This document shows, one piece after another, positions 1-9,971 of a DNA stretch of 64,000 bases; position 1 is the stretch's first letter; every line of letters begins with the position of its first letter. Both the position numbers and the translations under genes were made by a program. This stretch comes from Vicinamibacteria bacterium (GTDB taxonomy: Bacteria > Acidobacteriota > Vicinamibacteria > Marinacidobacterales > Marinacidobacteraceae): assembly GCA_963422395.1 (NCBI GenBank), contig OY729431.1, positions 768,001 through 832,000 on the forward strand, read 5' to 3'. Below the pieces are notes generated by a model. It ran no database searches and was not told the DNA's origin. It worked only from the letters and a program-made list of their open reading frames with translations.

Positions 1-1
1 C

Positions 2-913
2 TCTCGGGACATCGAGGAGCGGGAACGAGCTCGGAGCGAAGCGCGGGCGAGAGTTGCTCCGCTCTATCGGAAAGTCGGGTCCGAAAACCTCGCTGATCTG
101 AAAGAGGCGATCGCGCGTTCCGACGACTTGCGGAAGTTGCAGGCCGAGCGCGAGCAGGTGCAGGAGCACCTTCGGGAACACGGAGACGGGTTCGGCTTCG
201 ACGAGCTGCTGGCCGAGTGTGCCGGCATGAGTCCCGACGACGCTCGGGCGAGGGAGGAGGCCGCCGAGACGCAGCGGAAGGCAACTAGCGAACAGCTAGA
301 TGACGCCCAAAGACGCCGGGCCGACGCGCAGAGCAAACTGGAATCGTTTCGCGGTGACGATGCGGCCGCCCGGCTGGCCGCCGAGCGGCAGGAGGCGCTG
401 GCCGGAATGCGGGAGGCGGCAGCGCGCTATACCCGAGTCCGAACCGCGGCGATCCTGCTGCGCTGGGCGCTGAATCGTTTTCGCCGCGAGAAACAGGGGC
501 CCATGCTCCGGCGCGCGGGGGAGCTGTTCCGGGAACTGACCCGCGGTTCGTTCGCCGGCCTCGAGGTGGACTTCGACGACCGGGACCGAAGGCTCCTGTA
601 TGCGGTGCGCAGCGGAAGCGAGAAACTGCCGGTGTCCGGTCTGAGCAGCGGCAGCGAGGACCAGTTGTTTCTCGCCCTGCGCGTCGCCGCCGTGGAGGAC
701 TATGTTGCGCAGGCGAACCCGCTGCCCTTCGTCGCGGACGATCTGTTCCTGAACTTCGACCCGGAGCGGTCAGCCGCCGGTTTCGAAATCCTCGGGCAGC
801 TGGCGTTACGGACGCAGGTGCTGTTCTTCACCCACCACGAGCATCTGGTGGAGATCGCCCGCGAGGCGCTGGGTGCCGCGGTGCCGGTCCTCCGGCTCGA
901 CAGAGCCGCCTGA
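2..913 (+). CDS. YhaN-family (SbcC/Rad50-like) coiled-coil ABC ATPase, C-terminal part, truncated by window start
   Basis: Frame is open from nt 2. Coiled-coil region, then signature LSSGSEDQL, Walker B FVADDLFLNFD and H-loop FTHH. Confidence 0.85.
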   Translation, partial: SRDIEERERARSEARARVAPLYRKVGSENLADLKEAIARSDDLRKLQAEREQVQEHLREHGDGFGFDELLAECAGMSPDDARAREEAAETQRKATSEQLDDAQRRRADAQSKLESFRGDDAAARLAAERQEALAGMREAAARYTRVRTAAILLRWALNRFRREKQGPMLRRAGELFRELTRGSFAGLEVDFDDRDRRLLYAVRSGSEKLPVSGLSSGSEDQLFLALRVAAVEDYVAQANPLPFVADDLFLNFDPERSAAGFEILGQLALRTQVLFFTHHEHLVEIAREALGAAVPVLRLDRAA

Positions 914-925
914 CCGACCCGCGGT

Positions 926-1957
926 TCAGCCCCGGATCTGTCTTCCGCTTTCGTCCACCAACCCGTAGCGTCCTGCGTCGGCGCGCCAGCGGTCGGATTC
1001 GATGAGCGCCGTGTAGTCGCTGGCCGGCAGTGCTTCTCCGGCATAGCCTGGCCAGCTCGGGCCGGAGCCGGCTTCGACGGCTTCCCGGATGTGGGCGAGG
1101 CCCCGCTGCATCGCACCGAGAGCGAGGCGCAGCAGCTGTCCGGCGTAGAGCACGAGCGGCACTCGGTTTTCGCGCAGGGTGCTCATCGGCGTGTCGTGGA
1201 CGCTCGCGATGATCGGTCTCCCGGCGGCCTCGGAAACCGGGCCCATCCGGTCCGGGGGGAGTCCGGCGAAGAAGAGCAGGTCGGCGCCGGCCTCGACATA
1301 GGCGGCGCCGCGCTCCATCGCCTCGCTCTCGTCGAGTCCGATGGATACTGCGTCGCAGCGGGCGACGAGCATCATGCCGCCTTTTCTGGCGTCGGCGGCA
1401 GCGCGGATCTTGTCCTGCATCGCCGCGGCCTCGACGAGCACGCCGCCTTCCCCGAGATGCTTCGCCTGCACATGGTCCTCGATCATCACCGCGGCGAGTC
1501 CGGCGCGCTCGTAGCCGCGGATCGCACGGGCCACGGCGAGCGGACTCCCGCCGCCGTCGTCGGCGTCGGCGAAGACGGGCGCCGGCACGCTCCCGGCGAT
1601 CCGGGAAGCCATCTCGATCAGCTCGGTGATCGAGGCGAGCCCGTAGTCCGGGAGTCCGTGGTTCGCCGCCGATCCGGCGCTTCCGCCGATGAGCACCGAT
1701 TCGAACCCCATCTCGACGATGAGACGGGCCGAGATCACATCGAAGGCGCCGGGACAGAGAACCGGCCCGCCGCCGGCGAGCATCGCCCGGAAGCGGTGGC
1801 CCATGTCGCTGCCTGCCGGAGTGTCGGATTGCCCGCTGCCGGCACAGCCGGCCGCTCCGGCAGCGGCGCCGCCGCCGAGGACTGCGGCCCCGGTGCCGGC
1901 CGAGAGCCGGGAAAGCGCCTCGCGGCGTCCGATGGCGTTCGGGGAGCGGGCTTTCAT
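926..1957 (-). CDS. Isocitrate lyase/PEP mutase superfamily protein with Tat-lipoprotein-like N-terminus
   Basis: ATG at 1957 overlaps the upstream TGA (ATGA). GRREALSRL...AAGC leader; motifs PGAFD, DADDGGG, IEDH, VARCDA, GADLLF. Confidence 0.85.
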   Translation of the reverse strand: MKARSPNAIGRREALSRLSAGTGAAVLGGGAAAGAAGCAGSGQSDTPAGSDMGHRFRAMLAGGGPVLCPGAFDVISARLIVEMGFESVLIGGSAGSAANHGLPDYGLASITELIEMASRIAGSVPAPVFADADDGGGSPLAVARAIRGYERAGLAAVMIEDHVQAKHLGEGGVLVEAAAMQDKIRAAADARKGGMMLVARCDAVSIGLDESEAMERGAAYVEAGADLLFFAGLPPDRMGPVSEAAGRPIIASVHDTPMSTLRENRVPLVLYAGQLLRLALGAMQRGLAHIREAVEAGSGPSWPGYAGEALPASDYTALIESDRWRADAGRYGLVDESGRQIRG

Positions 1958-2859
1958 GGTGATTCTCCTGGGGACGGTTCTCCCGCCGGGCTGCTGCGGC
2001 TCGGATGGTCCAAGGCGCATCGGAACCCGATACTGTGGATCCTGGTGTCGGGGCGGGTGAAGTTTCGGTAGAAGACGCTGGCGATCCGTTCGTCGCTGTC
2101 GGCCCAGCTCCCGCCCCGGAACACTCGGTAGGGGGCGTCTTCGGGCCCCTGCGGATCGTTGTCCACGCTCACCGCGTACTGGCCGAGGTCGTAACCGTCC
2201 GCCACCCACTCGGCGATGTTGCCCACCATGTCGTGGAGGCCGTAGCCGTTTGGGGGGAAGGATGCGACTTCGGCGGGTCCGCGGGGATGGCCGATCCGCG
2301 CCGGGGGCTTGGGGCGAGGCGCCTCTGGGGCGGCGTCTTCGTCGGGCTCCGCACGGTACTGGTCGCCCCAGGGCCACGATGCTCCTTCGAGTCCGCCGCG
2401 GGCGGCCTTTTCCCATTCCGCTTCGGTGGGGAGCCGCTTCCCCCGGAAGGAGCAATAGCTGCGGGCATCGCTCCATGCGACGTTGTAGGCCGGGAGGTGC
2501 GCCTCGTCCTCGGGAAAGCCCTGCCGCCAGTGGAAGGGCTCGGCGCGGCCGGCGGCTTTCGTGAATTCGCGATAGCCCTTTTGGGTCACTTCGTTCTGGT
2601 CCATCCAGAAACCGGGCAGCGTTACCCGGTGGACCGGCCGCGCGTCCACCCGGTCCCGGGTTTGCCAGCCGATCTCGTCGATCAGCCAAAGGCGGGTCCT
2701 GCCCATCCAGAAATCTCCCGCCGGGATCCAGCAGATGTTCTCCGCTCGGTCGTCGGTGCAGTGCGGTTCCGGGCGCGGGGTTTCCACCGCTCCGACGATG
2801 CCGGAAGGAAAACCGGTCAGTAGCCCGACGATCGTCAGTGCCGGAGGGCTGCTAGGCAA
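1954..2859 (-). CDS. Formylglycine-generating-enzyme (SUMF1/FGE-sulfatase) fold protein
   Basis: FWMG, EVT, RLPTEAEWEKAARGG, PNGYGLHDMVGNIAEW, RGGSW, IGFRC motifs; FGE catalytic Cys pair not seen. Confidence 0.9.
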   Translation of the reverse strand: MPSSPPALTIVGLLTGFPSGIVGAVETPRPEPHCTDDRAENICWIPAGDFWMGRTRLWLIDEIGWQTRDRVDARPVHRVTLPGFWMDQNEVTQKGYREFTKAAGRAEPFHWRQGFPEDEAHLPAYNVAWSDARSYCSFRGKRLPTEAEWEKAARGGLEGASWPWGDQYRAEPDEDAAPEAPRPKPPARIGHPRGPAEVASFPPNGYGLHDMVGNIAEWVADGYDLGQYAVSVDNDPQGPEDAPYRVFRGGSWADSDERIASVFYRNFTRPDTRIHSIGFRCALDHPSRSSPAGEPSPGESP

Positions 2860-4324
2860 AGACTTCGGCGATCTCGTCGTCGAACATCATCTCCGAGCCG
2901 CCGAGCGAGATGGAATCCACATAGAGGTACTCGCGGCCGGAGGGGGTGTTGTGGACCGACTTGCGCCAGTCGATGCCGAGTGCCGAATAGATCGTGGCCA
3001 CCGTGTTGTCCATGAAGGGCTGCCCGTCGTGCTTCCAGCCGGGATCCACGACTTCCGAGCCGTCTTCGTTCGTCCGTCCGACCACCCGGCCTCCCGCGAC
3101 CCCGCCGCCGGCGTACAGACTGGTGTAGGCGAAGCGGTAGTGGTCCCGGCCGGCGACCGGGTTCATTTCCGGGGTGCGGCCGAACTCGCTGGCCACCACG
3201 ATCAGCGTCTCGTCGAGCAGGGTCTTCCCCGCCTCGCTCCCCGGCCGGGCGGCGAGGTCGTCGAGCAACGAGGTGAATCCCCGGTCGAGCCGCGGACAGG
3301 TGGTGTAGTGGTTCCACGGGCGCGAGCGGTCGAAGATGCCGGCGTGGTGGTCCCACTTGTCCCCGTCGTAGATGTAGAGGAAGCGGGTGCCGGCGTCGGC
3401 CTCGATCAGGTTGCGGGCGAGGATGCAACCGAGCCCGAACTCGTCCTCCCCGTACCGCTTCCGGTCGTCGGCGCTGGCCTGGAAGAGTCGAGGCCAGCGG
3501 GGATCGGTGAGCAGGCCGTAGGCGGACTGGTAGTAGGAGCGGTAGTCGCTCGCCCGGCGCCCGAGGGAAGCGCGCTCGGCGAGGGAGACTTCGGCGAGCC
3601 GGTTCAACAGACGAAAACGCTCCTCGAGCAGCTGCTGGCTGCCCTCCACATCGCCGCCGAAGGCGTCGAACACGGTGGTCGGGTCGAGGTCGAGCCCGGA
3701 AAATCGGGTCGGCAGGAAGCCGGCGCCGATAGAACCGGCGCGCGCCCGCGTGAGGTAGGTGCTGACATAGGTCGGGAAGGTGTCGGTGTCCCGGCGTTCG
3801 CCGTCGAGTTCGGCGGCGATGACGCTTCCGAAGGCCGGGATCTCGCGGGCGAGCGCCACATTCAGGGCTCTTCCGGTCTGCGTGTGGTACTGCCCGTTGA
3901 AGTGGATCAGTTCGGGCGCCCGCATCGACCGCACCAGGGCGACCTGGTCCATCCGGCTCACGAGCCGCGGGAACAGGGTGCGGGACAGCGAGACTTCATC
4001 GCTCAGCTGGACCATGTCGAGGTCTTTGGGAGTCCAGCGGGTCTGTTTGAAATCCCAAGTGTCCATGGGGCTGATCGCCCCGCCCATTTCGATGAAGATG
4101 CAGTAGCGGGCGGAGCGCCGGGGAGCGGCCTTGCTGCCCGCGTTGCCGCCCGCGCGCGCCTCCAGCGGCCAGACCACCTGGTTCGCGAAGGAGCCGGCGA
4201 GCGCCAGCCCGCCGAGCTTCAGGAGCTCGCGGCGAGCCGGGAGCAGATCTGCGACCCGGGGGCCGCAGCTGCCGTTTCGGTTTCTGGCCGGATCACCGGT
4301 CGGGTTGACGATCGGGCTGCACAT
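2852..4324 (-). CDS. DUF1501 domain protein (Tat-like leader)
   Basis: RRELLKLGG leader; IFIEMGGAISPMDTWD, WDHH, SEFGRTP, GRDH, GGGVAGG motifs. Start chosen at ATG 4324. Confidence 0.88.
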   Translation of the reverse strand: MCSPIVNPTGDPARNRNGSCGPRVADLLPARRELLKLGGLALAGSFANQVVWPLEARAGGNAGSKAAPRRSARYCIFIEMGGAISPMDTWDFKQTRWTPKDLDMVQLSDEVSLSRTLFPRLVSRMDQVALVRSMRAPELIHFNGQYHTQTGRALNVALAREIPAFGSVIAAELDGERRDTDTFPTYVSTYLTRARAGSIGAGFLPTRFSGLDLDPTTVFDAFGGDVEGSQQLLEERFRLLNRLAEVSLAERASLGRRASDYRSYYQSAYGLLTDPRWPRLFQASADDRKRYGEDEFGLGCILARNLIEADAGTRFLYIYDGDKWDHHAGIFDRSRPWNHYTTCPRLDRGFTSLLDDLAARPGSEAGKTLLDETLIVVASEFGRTPEMNPVAGRDHYRFAYTSLYAGGGVAGGRVVGRTNEDGSEVVDPGWKHDGQPFMDNTVATIYSALGIDWRKSVHNTPSGREYLYVDSISLGGSEMMFDDEIAEVFA

Positions 4325-4341
4325 TCGCGGGCTTCCCCCTT

Positions 4342-6339
4342 TCAGTGATGCAGCAGGAACTCCGGAGAGTTCAGCAGCGCCCACTGCAGATCCTCGGCGC
4401 CGCGGCGCCGGTCTGCTTCGAGCCGCCCGGCGGCGAGCTCCGCCTCGGCTTCGCTGGGGAAGCGGGAGAGGGTGGCGAGGAACAGCTCTTCCACACAGGC
4501 GGTGCTGTCCTTCCCGGAAGCCAGCAGCTCGGAGACTCGGCCGCCGGCTTCTCCGGAGACCCGGCGGTTCACCACTCCCGACTGCATCATGAGCAGCGCC
4601 TGCAGGATCGAACCGCGGTTCCCGACCGGGGCGGGGGTCATCCGGTTGCTCTGGAAGAAGCTCTGCATCAGCGCGTCCACCTCGGCGCCCTCCCCGCGCC
4701 CGCGCCGGCCTCCCAGGTCGGACGGAGTGGTGAGTTGCTTGACGCGCTGGACCGTGGTTCCGGCGAAGGCGAACTCGGTGGGGACATCGGTGGCGCGCGC
4801 CATCGAATCCACGAGTTCCGGTCCGGTGAGGACCCGCACATAGCGTCTGGGGTAATAGCCGATCCAGCCGTCGTCCCAGTCACCGGCGAGGTGGGGGGAG
4901 AGGCCGTAGGCCGACGACTTCATGATCGTCTTCACGAGGTGCCAGAAACTGAAACCGCTGCGGCGGAAATCTTCCGCCAGGGCGTTCATCAGTTCCGGAT
5001 TCAGCGGACGGGCGGGCAGGGGGTCTTCTCCGCCTTCCGGGAGCCGCTCCATCCGGTCGAGATCGAATGCGTTGTACGGCTCCACGAAGGCCACCGTCAT
5101 CAGTTTTCCCCAGACGAGATTGACGGTCGCTCGGGCGAACTGCGGATGCTCGGTGAGCATCCGCGCCAGCGCGTCCCGCGGGTTTTCGCCGGGGCGCGGA
5201 GTCTCTCCGGTCAGCAGGAACGCCGGCTCGTACGCCAGCCCCTCGAGCCTCGGGAAGCGGCCCTCGGAGAGGGTGTGGTAAGGAGCGTCGTCGCCGGTGT
5301 CGTAGCCCCCTGCCAGATCGTCCACCAGCAGGTCCACCACCACATTCTTCGAGCGGTCGTCCCAGGTGGTGATGAGGCGGACATCCCCGAGGAAGGCGGA
5401 CTGGCGGTAGAACTCTTCGCGGGTGCGTTTCGAGAGCCACTCGTTCAGCGGCTCGAGGTGCGCGGCGCCGTCGTGGCACGAGATGCAGGAGCTGTTGATT
5501 CCGAGGAAGACCCGTGAAACATCCACCTGGAACTGATCGAGCGCGTCGAGACGGTTGTGGATGGAATAGTCGTCCGGGCTCATCACGATCCGGCTCTTCG
5601 CCTGGTGCGACCGCGCGAGGAAAGCCAGCGAGGGGATGCTGCCGTGCGCCTTGGCGACCCCGGTGAGCAGGTCCCGCACCACCTCGTCGTAGGGGCGGTC
5701 GGTGGTCAGCCATTCCTTGATCCAGCTCTGGAACGGGTTGCGCACCGGGCCCACCTGGTGGGCGAGGCGGAACAGATCGCCGAAGAACCAGGCCCACTGC
5801 TCGGCGAACTCCTCGGTTCCCACCAGCTCGTCCACCAGCCGGGCTCGCTTGTCCGGGGAGTCGTCGGCCACGAAGGCCCGCACCGTCTCCGGGGGCGGAA
5901 TGAGCCCGGTGGCGTCGAGCGTGGCCCGCCGGAGGAAGGCGGCGTCCGAGGCCGGACCGGCGTGGGGGATGCCGTTCGCTTCCCACTGCGCCCCGAGGAT
6001 CTCGTCCACCATCGTCCGGCGCGGCAGCGTTTCCGTTGTGCGGTCTCCGGACCCGGGCAGTCGAGCAGTGGACGCGATCGCGTAGTGCGCCTTCTCCATC
6101 GCCGTCTCGCTCTCGGCGGCCTCGCGATGGGCCCGGTCGGCGAGGTGGTCGGCGAGAGGCTCTTGCTGTTCCTGCGCGCCTGCCGGCGCCTGTTCGATTC
6201 CCCGGACTCCGGCGAAGGCCGCTCCTGACGCTCCCGATACGCCGGCGAGCAGGAGCGCGGCCCCGAAGAGCCGCGGCGAGATGCATGGCTGGCGGCGAAC
6301 GAGCCGGAGGCGGCGGAACGGATGGAAGAACGGTCGCAA
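4342..6339 (-). CDS. DUF1549/DUF1553 (PSD1, planctomycete-type cytochrome c-associated) protein
   Basis: FLRRATLDATG, CISCH (CxxCH), FARATVNLVW, EELFLATLSRFP, C-terminal DLQWALLNSPEF; adjacent to DUF1501. Exact start uncertain. Confidence 0.88.
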   Translation of the reverse strand: MRPFFHPFRRLRLVRRQPCISPRLFGAALLLAGVSGASGAAFAGVRGIEQAPAGAQEQQEPLADHLADRAHREAAESETAMEKAHYAIASTARLPGSGDRTTETLPRRTMVDEILGAQWEANGIPHAGPASDAAFLRRATLDATGLIPPPETVRAFVADDSPDKRARLVDELVGTEEFAEQWAWFFGDLFRLAHQVGPVRNPFQSWIKEWLTTDRPYDEVVRDLLTGVAKAHGSIPSLAFLARSHQAKSRIVMSPDDYSIHNRLDALDQFQVDVSRVFLGINSSCISCHDGAAHLEPLNEWLSKRTREEFYRQSAFLGDVRLITTWDDRSKNVVVDLLVDDLAGGYDTGDDAPYHTLSEGRFPRLEGLAYEPAFLLTGETPRPGENPRDALARMLTEHPQFARATVNLVWGKLMTVAFVEPYNAFDLDRMERLPEGGEDPLPARPLNPELMNALAEDFRRSGFSFWHLVKTIMKSSAYGLSPHLAGDWDDGWIGYYPRRYVRVLTGPELVDSMARATDVPTEFAFAGTTVQRVKQLTTPSDLGGRRGRGEGAEVDALMQSFFQSNRMTPAPVGNRGSILQALLMMQSGVVNRRVSGEAGGRVSELLASGKDSTACVEELFLATLSRFPSEAEAELAAGRLEADRRRGAEDLQWALLNSPEFLLHH

Positions 6340-6382
6340 GAGAAGGAAGGCGCCCCGAAGGTCGCTCCGAAGGGGAAGAGCG

Positions 6383-6388
6383 ATTCTA
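6383..6388 (-). promoter_or_regulatory. Putative -10 box (TAGAAT) for the DUF1553-DUF1501 operon
   Basis: ATTCTA on + strand about 45 nt upstream of the ORF start, in GC-rich context. Confidence 0.35.
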
Positions 6389-6461
6389 CGGAGCCCCCGG
6401 AACCTCGGTCAAACGCTTCCTGCGAGCCGATTTTCTAGACCAGCCCGACCCCGGCCCTTCG

Positions 6462-7511
6462 TTACTGGCGGGTGCGGAGGGTCCGCCACGCTGCCGGCAG
6501 AAACGGGGCGCTGAGCGCCGCGTTGGCCAGCAGGAAGGTCGCGTGGGCCGAGAGGCTGTAGGCGAGAAGTGCTGCTTCGCCGCCCGGAGAGGCGGCTGCC
6601 GCGCCCGCGTGCAGGTAGAGCCAGGCAGCTTGGCTGGTTCCCACCCGCGCCACCACGATCGGCAGCGCTCCGGCCAGGAAGATGATCGGGAGGGTGGTCA
6701 GCAGCGACGACACCGGAATCCCGATGCCGAAGGCCCCGAGCGCGAAGTGATGCCCGAGAGAGGCGGCGAGGAGGAGCGGCGCCTTGAAGGCTGCCGTCGC
6801 GAGGTAGTGCCGGGCGGAGGCCTCGCGGAAGGTGCGCAGCAGGCGCCAGCGGGGAGGGCCCAGCCCGGCGCGCCGAAGCCGTCCGCGGAGGAAGGCCGCG
6901 AGGAGCACGAGTCCGAGGAGAAAGGCCGCGGCGGCGGCCGGCACCCGGTCCGGGGCCCGGCTTCCCAACACCGCGGCGCCCGCCGCCGCCCACAAGAGGA
7001 GATGGGCGCGCTGGCAGATGTCGAGGAAGAGCACCGTTCCGGCACACTCCCAGTAGCCCGACCGCCGCGGCGGCCGGTCTTCGGTGCCGCCCGCGGCCGT
7101 GTCCGGTCTCTTCGGAATGTCGGTTTCTTCTTTCCGCCGGGCGCCGAAGCGTCGGCCGAGGACGCCCACGATCGCCGCCTGCGAGGCCCGTCCGTTCCAC
7201 AGGCTCACCAGATAGTCGAGCGCACGCACCGCGAGAGCCTCCCGGAGAGCCCTCCGGAAGGACAGCTCCGGGGCGTGGAACCAGCGCAGCACTGCCGCGA
7301 GCAGTGCGCTGTCGAGGACTACATAGAGGAGGGAGACCGGCAGGAGCGCCGCGAAGAAACGGGGGAGGTCGGCGCCCGAGAGCGCGGGAAGCAACCGCTC
7401 CGGAGGGATCCGGTGGAACAGCAGGGCGAGGATCGCCAGGGCGCCGAGGAACGGAGCGGCGCCGAGGAAAAACCGGAGCGGATGTGAGCGGGGGCGGCAC
7501 GGCGGTTCCAT
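6462..7511 (-). CDS. Lysylphosphatidylglycerol synthase TM-region (UPF0104/flippase-like) membrane protein
   Basis: Multiple hydrophobic helices; ALPIVVARVGTSQAAW resembles the family LP...G.G..E motif. Confidence 0.6.
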   Translation of the reverse strand: MEPPCRPRSHPLRFFLGAAPFLGALAILALLFHRIPPERLLPALSGADLPRFFAALLPVSLLYVVLDSALLAAVLRWFHAPELSFRRALREALAVRALDYLVSLWNGRASQAAIVGVLGRRFGARRKEETDIPKRPDTAAGGTEDRPPRRSGYWECAGTVLFLDICQRAHLLLWAAAGAAVLGSRAPDRVPAAAAAFLLGLVLLAAFLRGRLRRAGLGPPRWRLLRTFREASARHYLATAAFKAPLLLAASLGHHFALGAFGIGIPVSSLLTTLPIIFLAGALPIVVARVGTSQAAWLYLHAGAAAASPGGEAALLAYSLSAHATFLLANAALSAPFLPAAWRTLRTRQ

Positions 7512-7563
7512 CTGCTCTTCCGAACCGGCCTCCGAACCGAATCCGCCCGACCGAAAGGCCCAC

Positions 7564-8286
7564 TCAGCGGTCCAGCCCGGTGACCCGGAAGCCGGCGTGC
7601 TGCGCCGGCCCCCGGTTCAGGTCGAGCAGGATTCCGAGTGCGGCTTCCGCCGCCCGCGATCTTGCCAGCGCGCCGGCCGGCACTGCCCGGAGTCCGGTGC
7701 GACCCGCGGCGGCGGCGGCTTCTTCGCGGTCGGCCTCCCGGTCGGCGAAGACCAGCACATCCGGGACGTCCGGCGGTTTTCCCTTCGGAGGATGTGGCGC
7801 GGCATCGGGCTCCGAGATCTGGCCGCCCCGCGGGCTCGGCGGCGGTTCGGCGAGCACCGCGGCGGCGACGGTCTGGAACGCCGCCGCGACCCGCAGGCGG
7901 CGGACGCCTGCTCGGCGGAGAACCCGTTCGGTTTCCTCGGCGGCGGAGGTGTTCGGCCGGGCGCCGGGAGGCCAGATCACCCCGCAGCAGATGACGAGCC
8001 TGCCGTCGAGGATGGGCGCGAGCTCCTCGAGCAGCGCTTCCTGCCCGGCGAAAGGCACGGCGAGGAAGACCGGCTCCGCTGCTGCCGCCGCCTCCCGATT
8101 CGCCGCGCCGGAGATCTCCAGGGGGGACGGCCCGCGCGCCATGAGCCGCGCCGCCGCCTCTTCCGCGCGTCGGGCGCTGCGCGAGCCGATCCGCACCGCG
8201 GCTCCTCCGAGCGCGAGCCGCCAGGCGAGTTCGAGCCCGAAGCGCCCGGTGCCGCCGAGCACCGCTGCCAGGCGAACTCCGCTCAC
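7564..8286 (-). CDS. npdG: NADPH-dependent F420 reductase (F420:NADP+ oxidoreductase)
   Basis: GGTGRFG Rossmann motif, IGSRSARRA, N..AA..VFLAVP, VAAAFQTVAA; coupled to cofE. Confidence 0.8.
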   Translation of the reverse strand: MSGVRLAAVLGGTGRFGLELAWRLALGGAAVRIGSRSARRAEEAAARLMARGPSPLEISGAANREAAAAAEPVFLAVPFAGQEALLEELAPILDGRLVICCGVIWPPGARPNTSAAEETERVLRRAGVRRLRVAAAFQTVAAAVLAEPPPSPRGGQISEPDAAPHPPKGKPPDVPDVLVFADREADREEAAAAAGRTGLRAVPAGALARSRAAEAALGILLDLNRGPAQHAGFRVTGLDR

Positions 8287-9056
8287 CGGAAGAAGTCCTC
8301 GCCCCGGTCGCGCAGCAGGTCGGCCCCGGTGCCCGGCGGTCCGTCCCCGACGAGGGCGGGGACCCCGCGCACCAGCACCGCCGGAATCCGCCGCAGCTTG
8401 CCCATCAGCAGGCCGGCGGCTGCCGCCAGTTCATCCGCGACCGCGATGGTGGAGGATCGGAGGGTGCGTCCGAGAGTGCGTCCCGCCGGGTCCTGCTGGC
8501 CGCGGTAGTCGAGCAGCGCCGGCACCCCCGCTACCCCGATCGCCACCTCGACCGCTCCGAGGCGGAAGGGCCGGCCCCAGGTGTCGGTGAGGATCACCCC
8601 CACCTTCACCCCCTCGTTCGCGGACTCCCCCGAGAGCCGCCCGGCGAGCTCGCGCGCCGACCGGTCCGGATCCACCGGCAGCAGGCAGAGCGTTCCGGGA
8701 GGAGCGTTCGAGCGGTCCACCCCCGAGTTGGCGCAGACGAAGCCGTGGCGGGTCTCGGTGATGAGCACCGGACCGGCGGTGCGGACCACCCGCTGCGCCT
8801 CGGCGAGCACGGTGTGCACTTCAGCGGGGTCCCGGCGGTTTTCGAGCGCCCACGCGGCCGCGGCCTTCGTCGGTTCGATCCGGTCGGTACGGACCAGGCG
8901 GCCTTCCGCCTTGGAGACCACCTTTTGGCAGACGACGAGCACATCCCCGTCCGCCGGCTCTGCGCCGACTCTGGCGGCAGCGCTCCGAATCCGTCCGGCG
9001 AGATCGTCTCCGGGGCGGATCTCGGGGATCCCTTCGATTCCGAGGAGCTGGAGCAC
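8283..9056 (-). CDS. cofE: Coenzyme F420-0:L-glutamate ligase
   Basis: GIPEIRPGDDLA, QKVVSKAEGR, ETRHGFVCANSGVDRSN, DTWGRPFRLG, ADELAAAA motifs. Confidence 0.93.
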   Translation of the reverse strand: MLQLLGIEGIPEIRPGDDLAGRIRSAAARVGAEPADGDVLVVCQKVVSKAEGRLVRTDRIEPTKAAAAWALENRRDPAEVHTVLAEAQRVVRTAGPVLITETRHGFVCANSGVDRSNAPPGTLCLLPVDPDRSARELAGRLSGESANEGVKVGVILTDTWGRPFRLGAVEVAIGVAGVPALLDYRGQQDPAGRTLGRTLRSSTIAVADELAAAAGLLMGKLRRIPAVLVRGVPALVGDGPPGTGADLLRDRGEDFFR

Positions 9057-9083
9057 CGGAGGGGGCGGCTGCCCGGGGTCGGT

Positions 9084-9971
9084 TCAGGGAGACGCCGGAG
9101 CGGCTTCGAAGTCGAGGAAGTCGTAGTGGACGCGGCGGCGGATGCGGCGGAAGAAGTACATCCGGGCGTCCACGGAAAGGGTCACGCGCTGGGGCAGCCA
9201 GATGCGGCCGTCGAACTCGCTTGAAACATCCGCGCTCGTGCCGCGGAAGAGCCGGCCGAAGAGGCCGAGGGCGAAGCTCTCCTCCCGGAGGAGTTCCGTC
9301 CGCACCCGGGCGATCTGGAGCTCCGCGGGGTCCACCCAGAGCTCGCCGCGGCACTTGGACACCACCGACATCATGCGGTTGGGCAGGCGGCCGGTGCCGG
9401 AGCGCGGCCGGAAGCGGACGATCTGCATCGCGCGACCGCCCCAGGGCTCGCCCGCGAACAACTCTCCCTCGAACATGTCGAGTTCCATCGCGTCGCGCAC
9501 GATCTCGTAGAAGAGGTCCATCCCGTTCTTCGGGCGGACCTCGTAGTCGGTGTCGCCGCGTTCTTCGGCCTCGCGGTCCGCTTCGGCTTCCTTGCGGGCC
9601 GCCTTCACCGCGTTCCGGTAGCGGCGTTCTTCCCGTCGCCAGCGGCGTCTGCCGATGGGCTCCTCGTCGAGCTCCAGCAGCTTCCAGAGGTGACGCCCGG
9701 CGACCGGGGTGTACTCGTAGAGCGCGCTCGCGGTGCCGGTCACTTCCCGATTCTCGTCGAGCGCCTCGGTGGTGATCCGCTGGCGGAAGCGGAGCCTCCC
9801 CTCGATGGGCCGGATCTCCTTCCGGTGGTCCAGGACCCGCCGGAGGAGCGCTTCGGCTGCCTGCTGGCCGCCGAGCCGGACTTCCTGCCCGTTTTCCTGT
9901 CCGACTCCCTGCCTCGGGGGAGCTTCGCTCCCCGCCGCTGCGGCGAGAAAGGCGATGGCGAGCAGCGGCAT
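9084..9971 (-). CDS. Secreted hypothetical protein (possibly LolA/MucB-like beta fold)
   Basis: Signal peptide; IVRFRPR, GELWVD and WLP..V motifs in a beta-rich C-terminal half. Confidence 0.6.
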   Translation of the reverse strand: MPLLAIAFLAAAAGSEAPPRQGVGQENGQEVRLGGQQAAEALLRRVLDHRKEIRPIEGRLRFRQRITTEALDENREVTGTASALYEYTPVAGRHLWKLLELDEEPIGRRRWRREERRYRNAVKAARKEAEADREAEERGDTDYEVRPKNGMDLFYEIVRDAMELDMFEGELFAGEPWGGRAMQIVRFRPRSGTGRLPNRMMSVVSKCRGELWVDPAELQIARVRTELLREESFALGLFGRLFRGTSADVSSEFDGRIWLPQRVTLSVDARMYFFRRIRRRVHYDFLDFEAAPASP

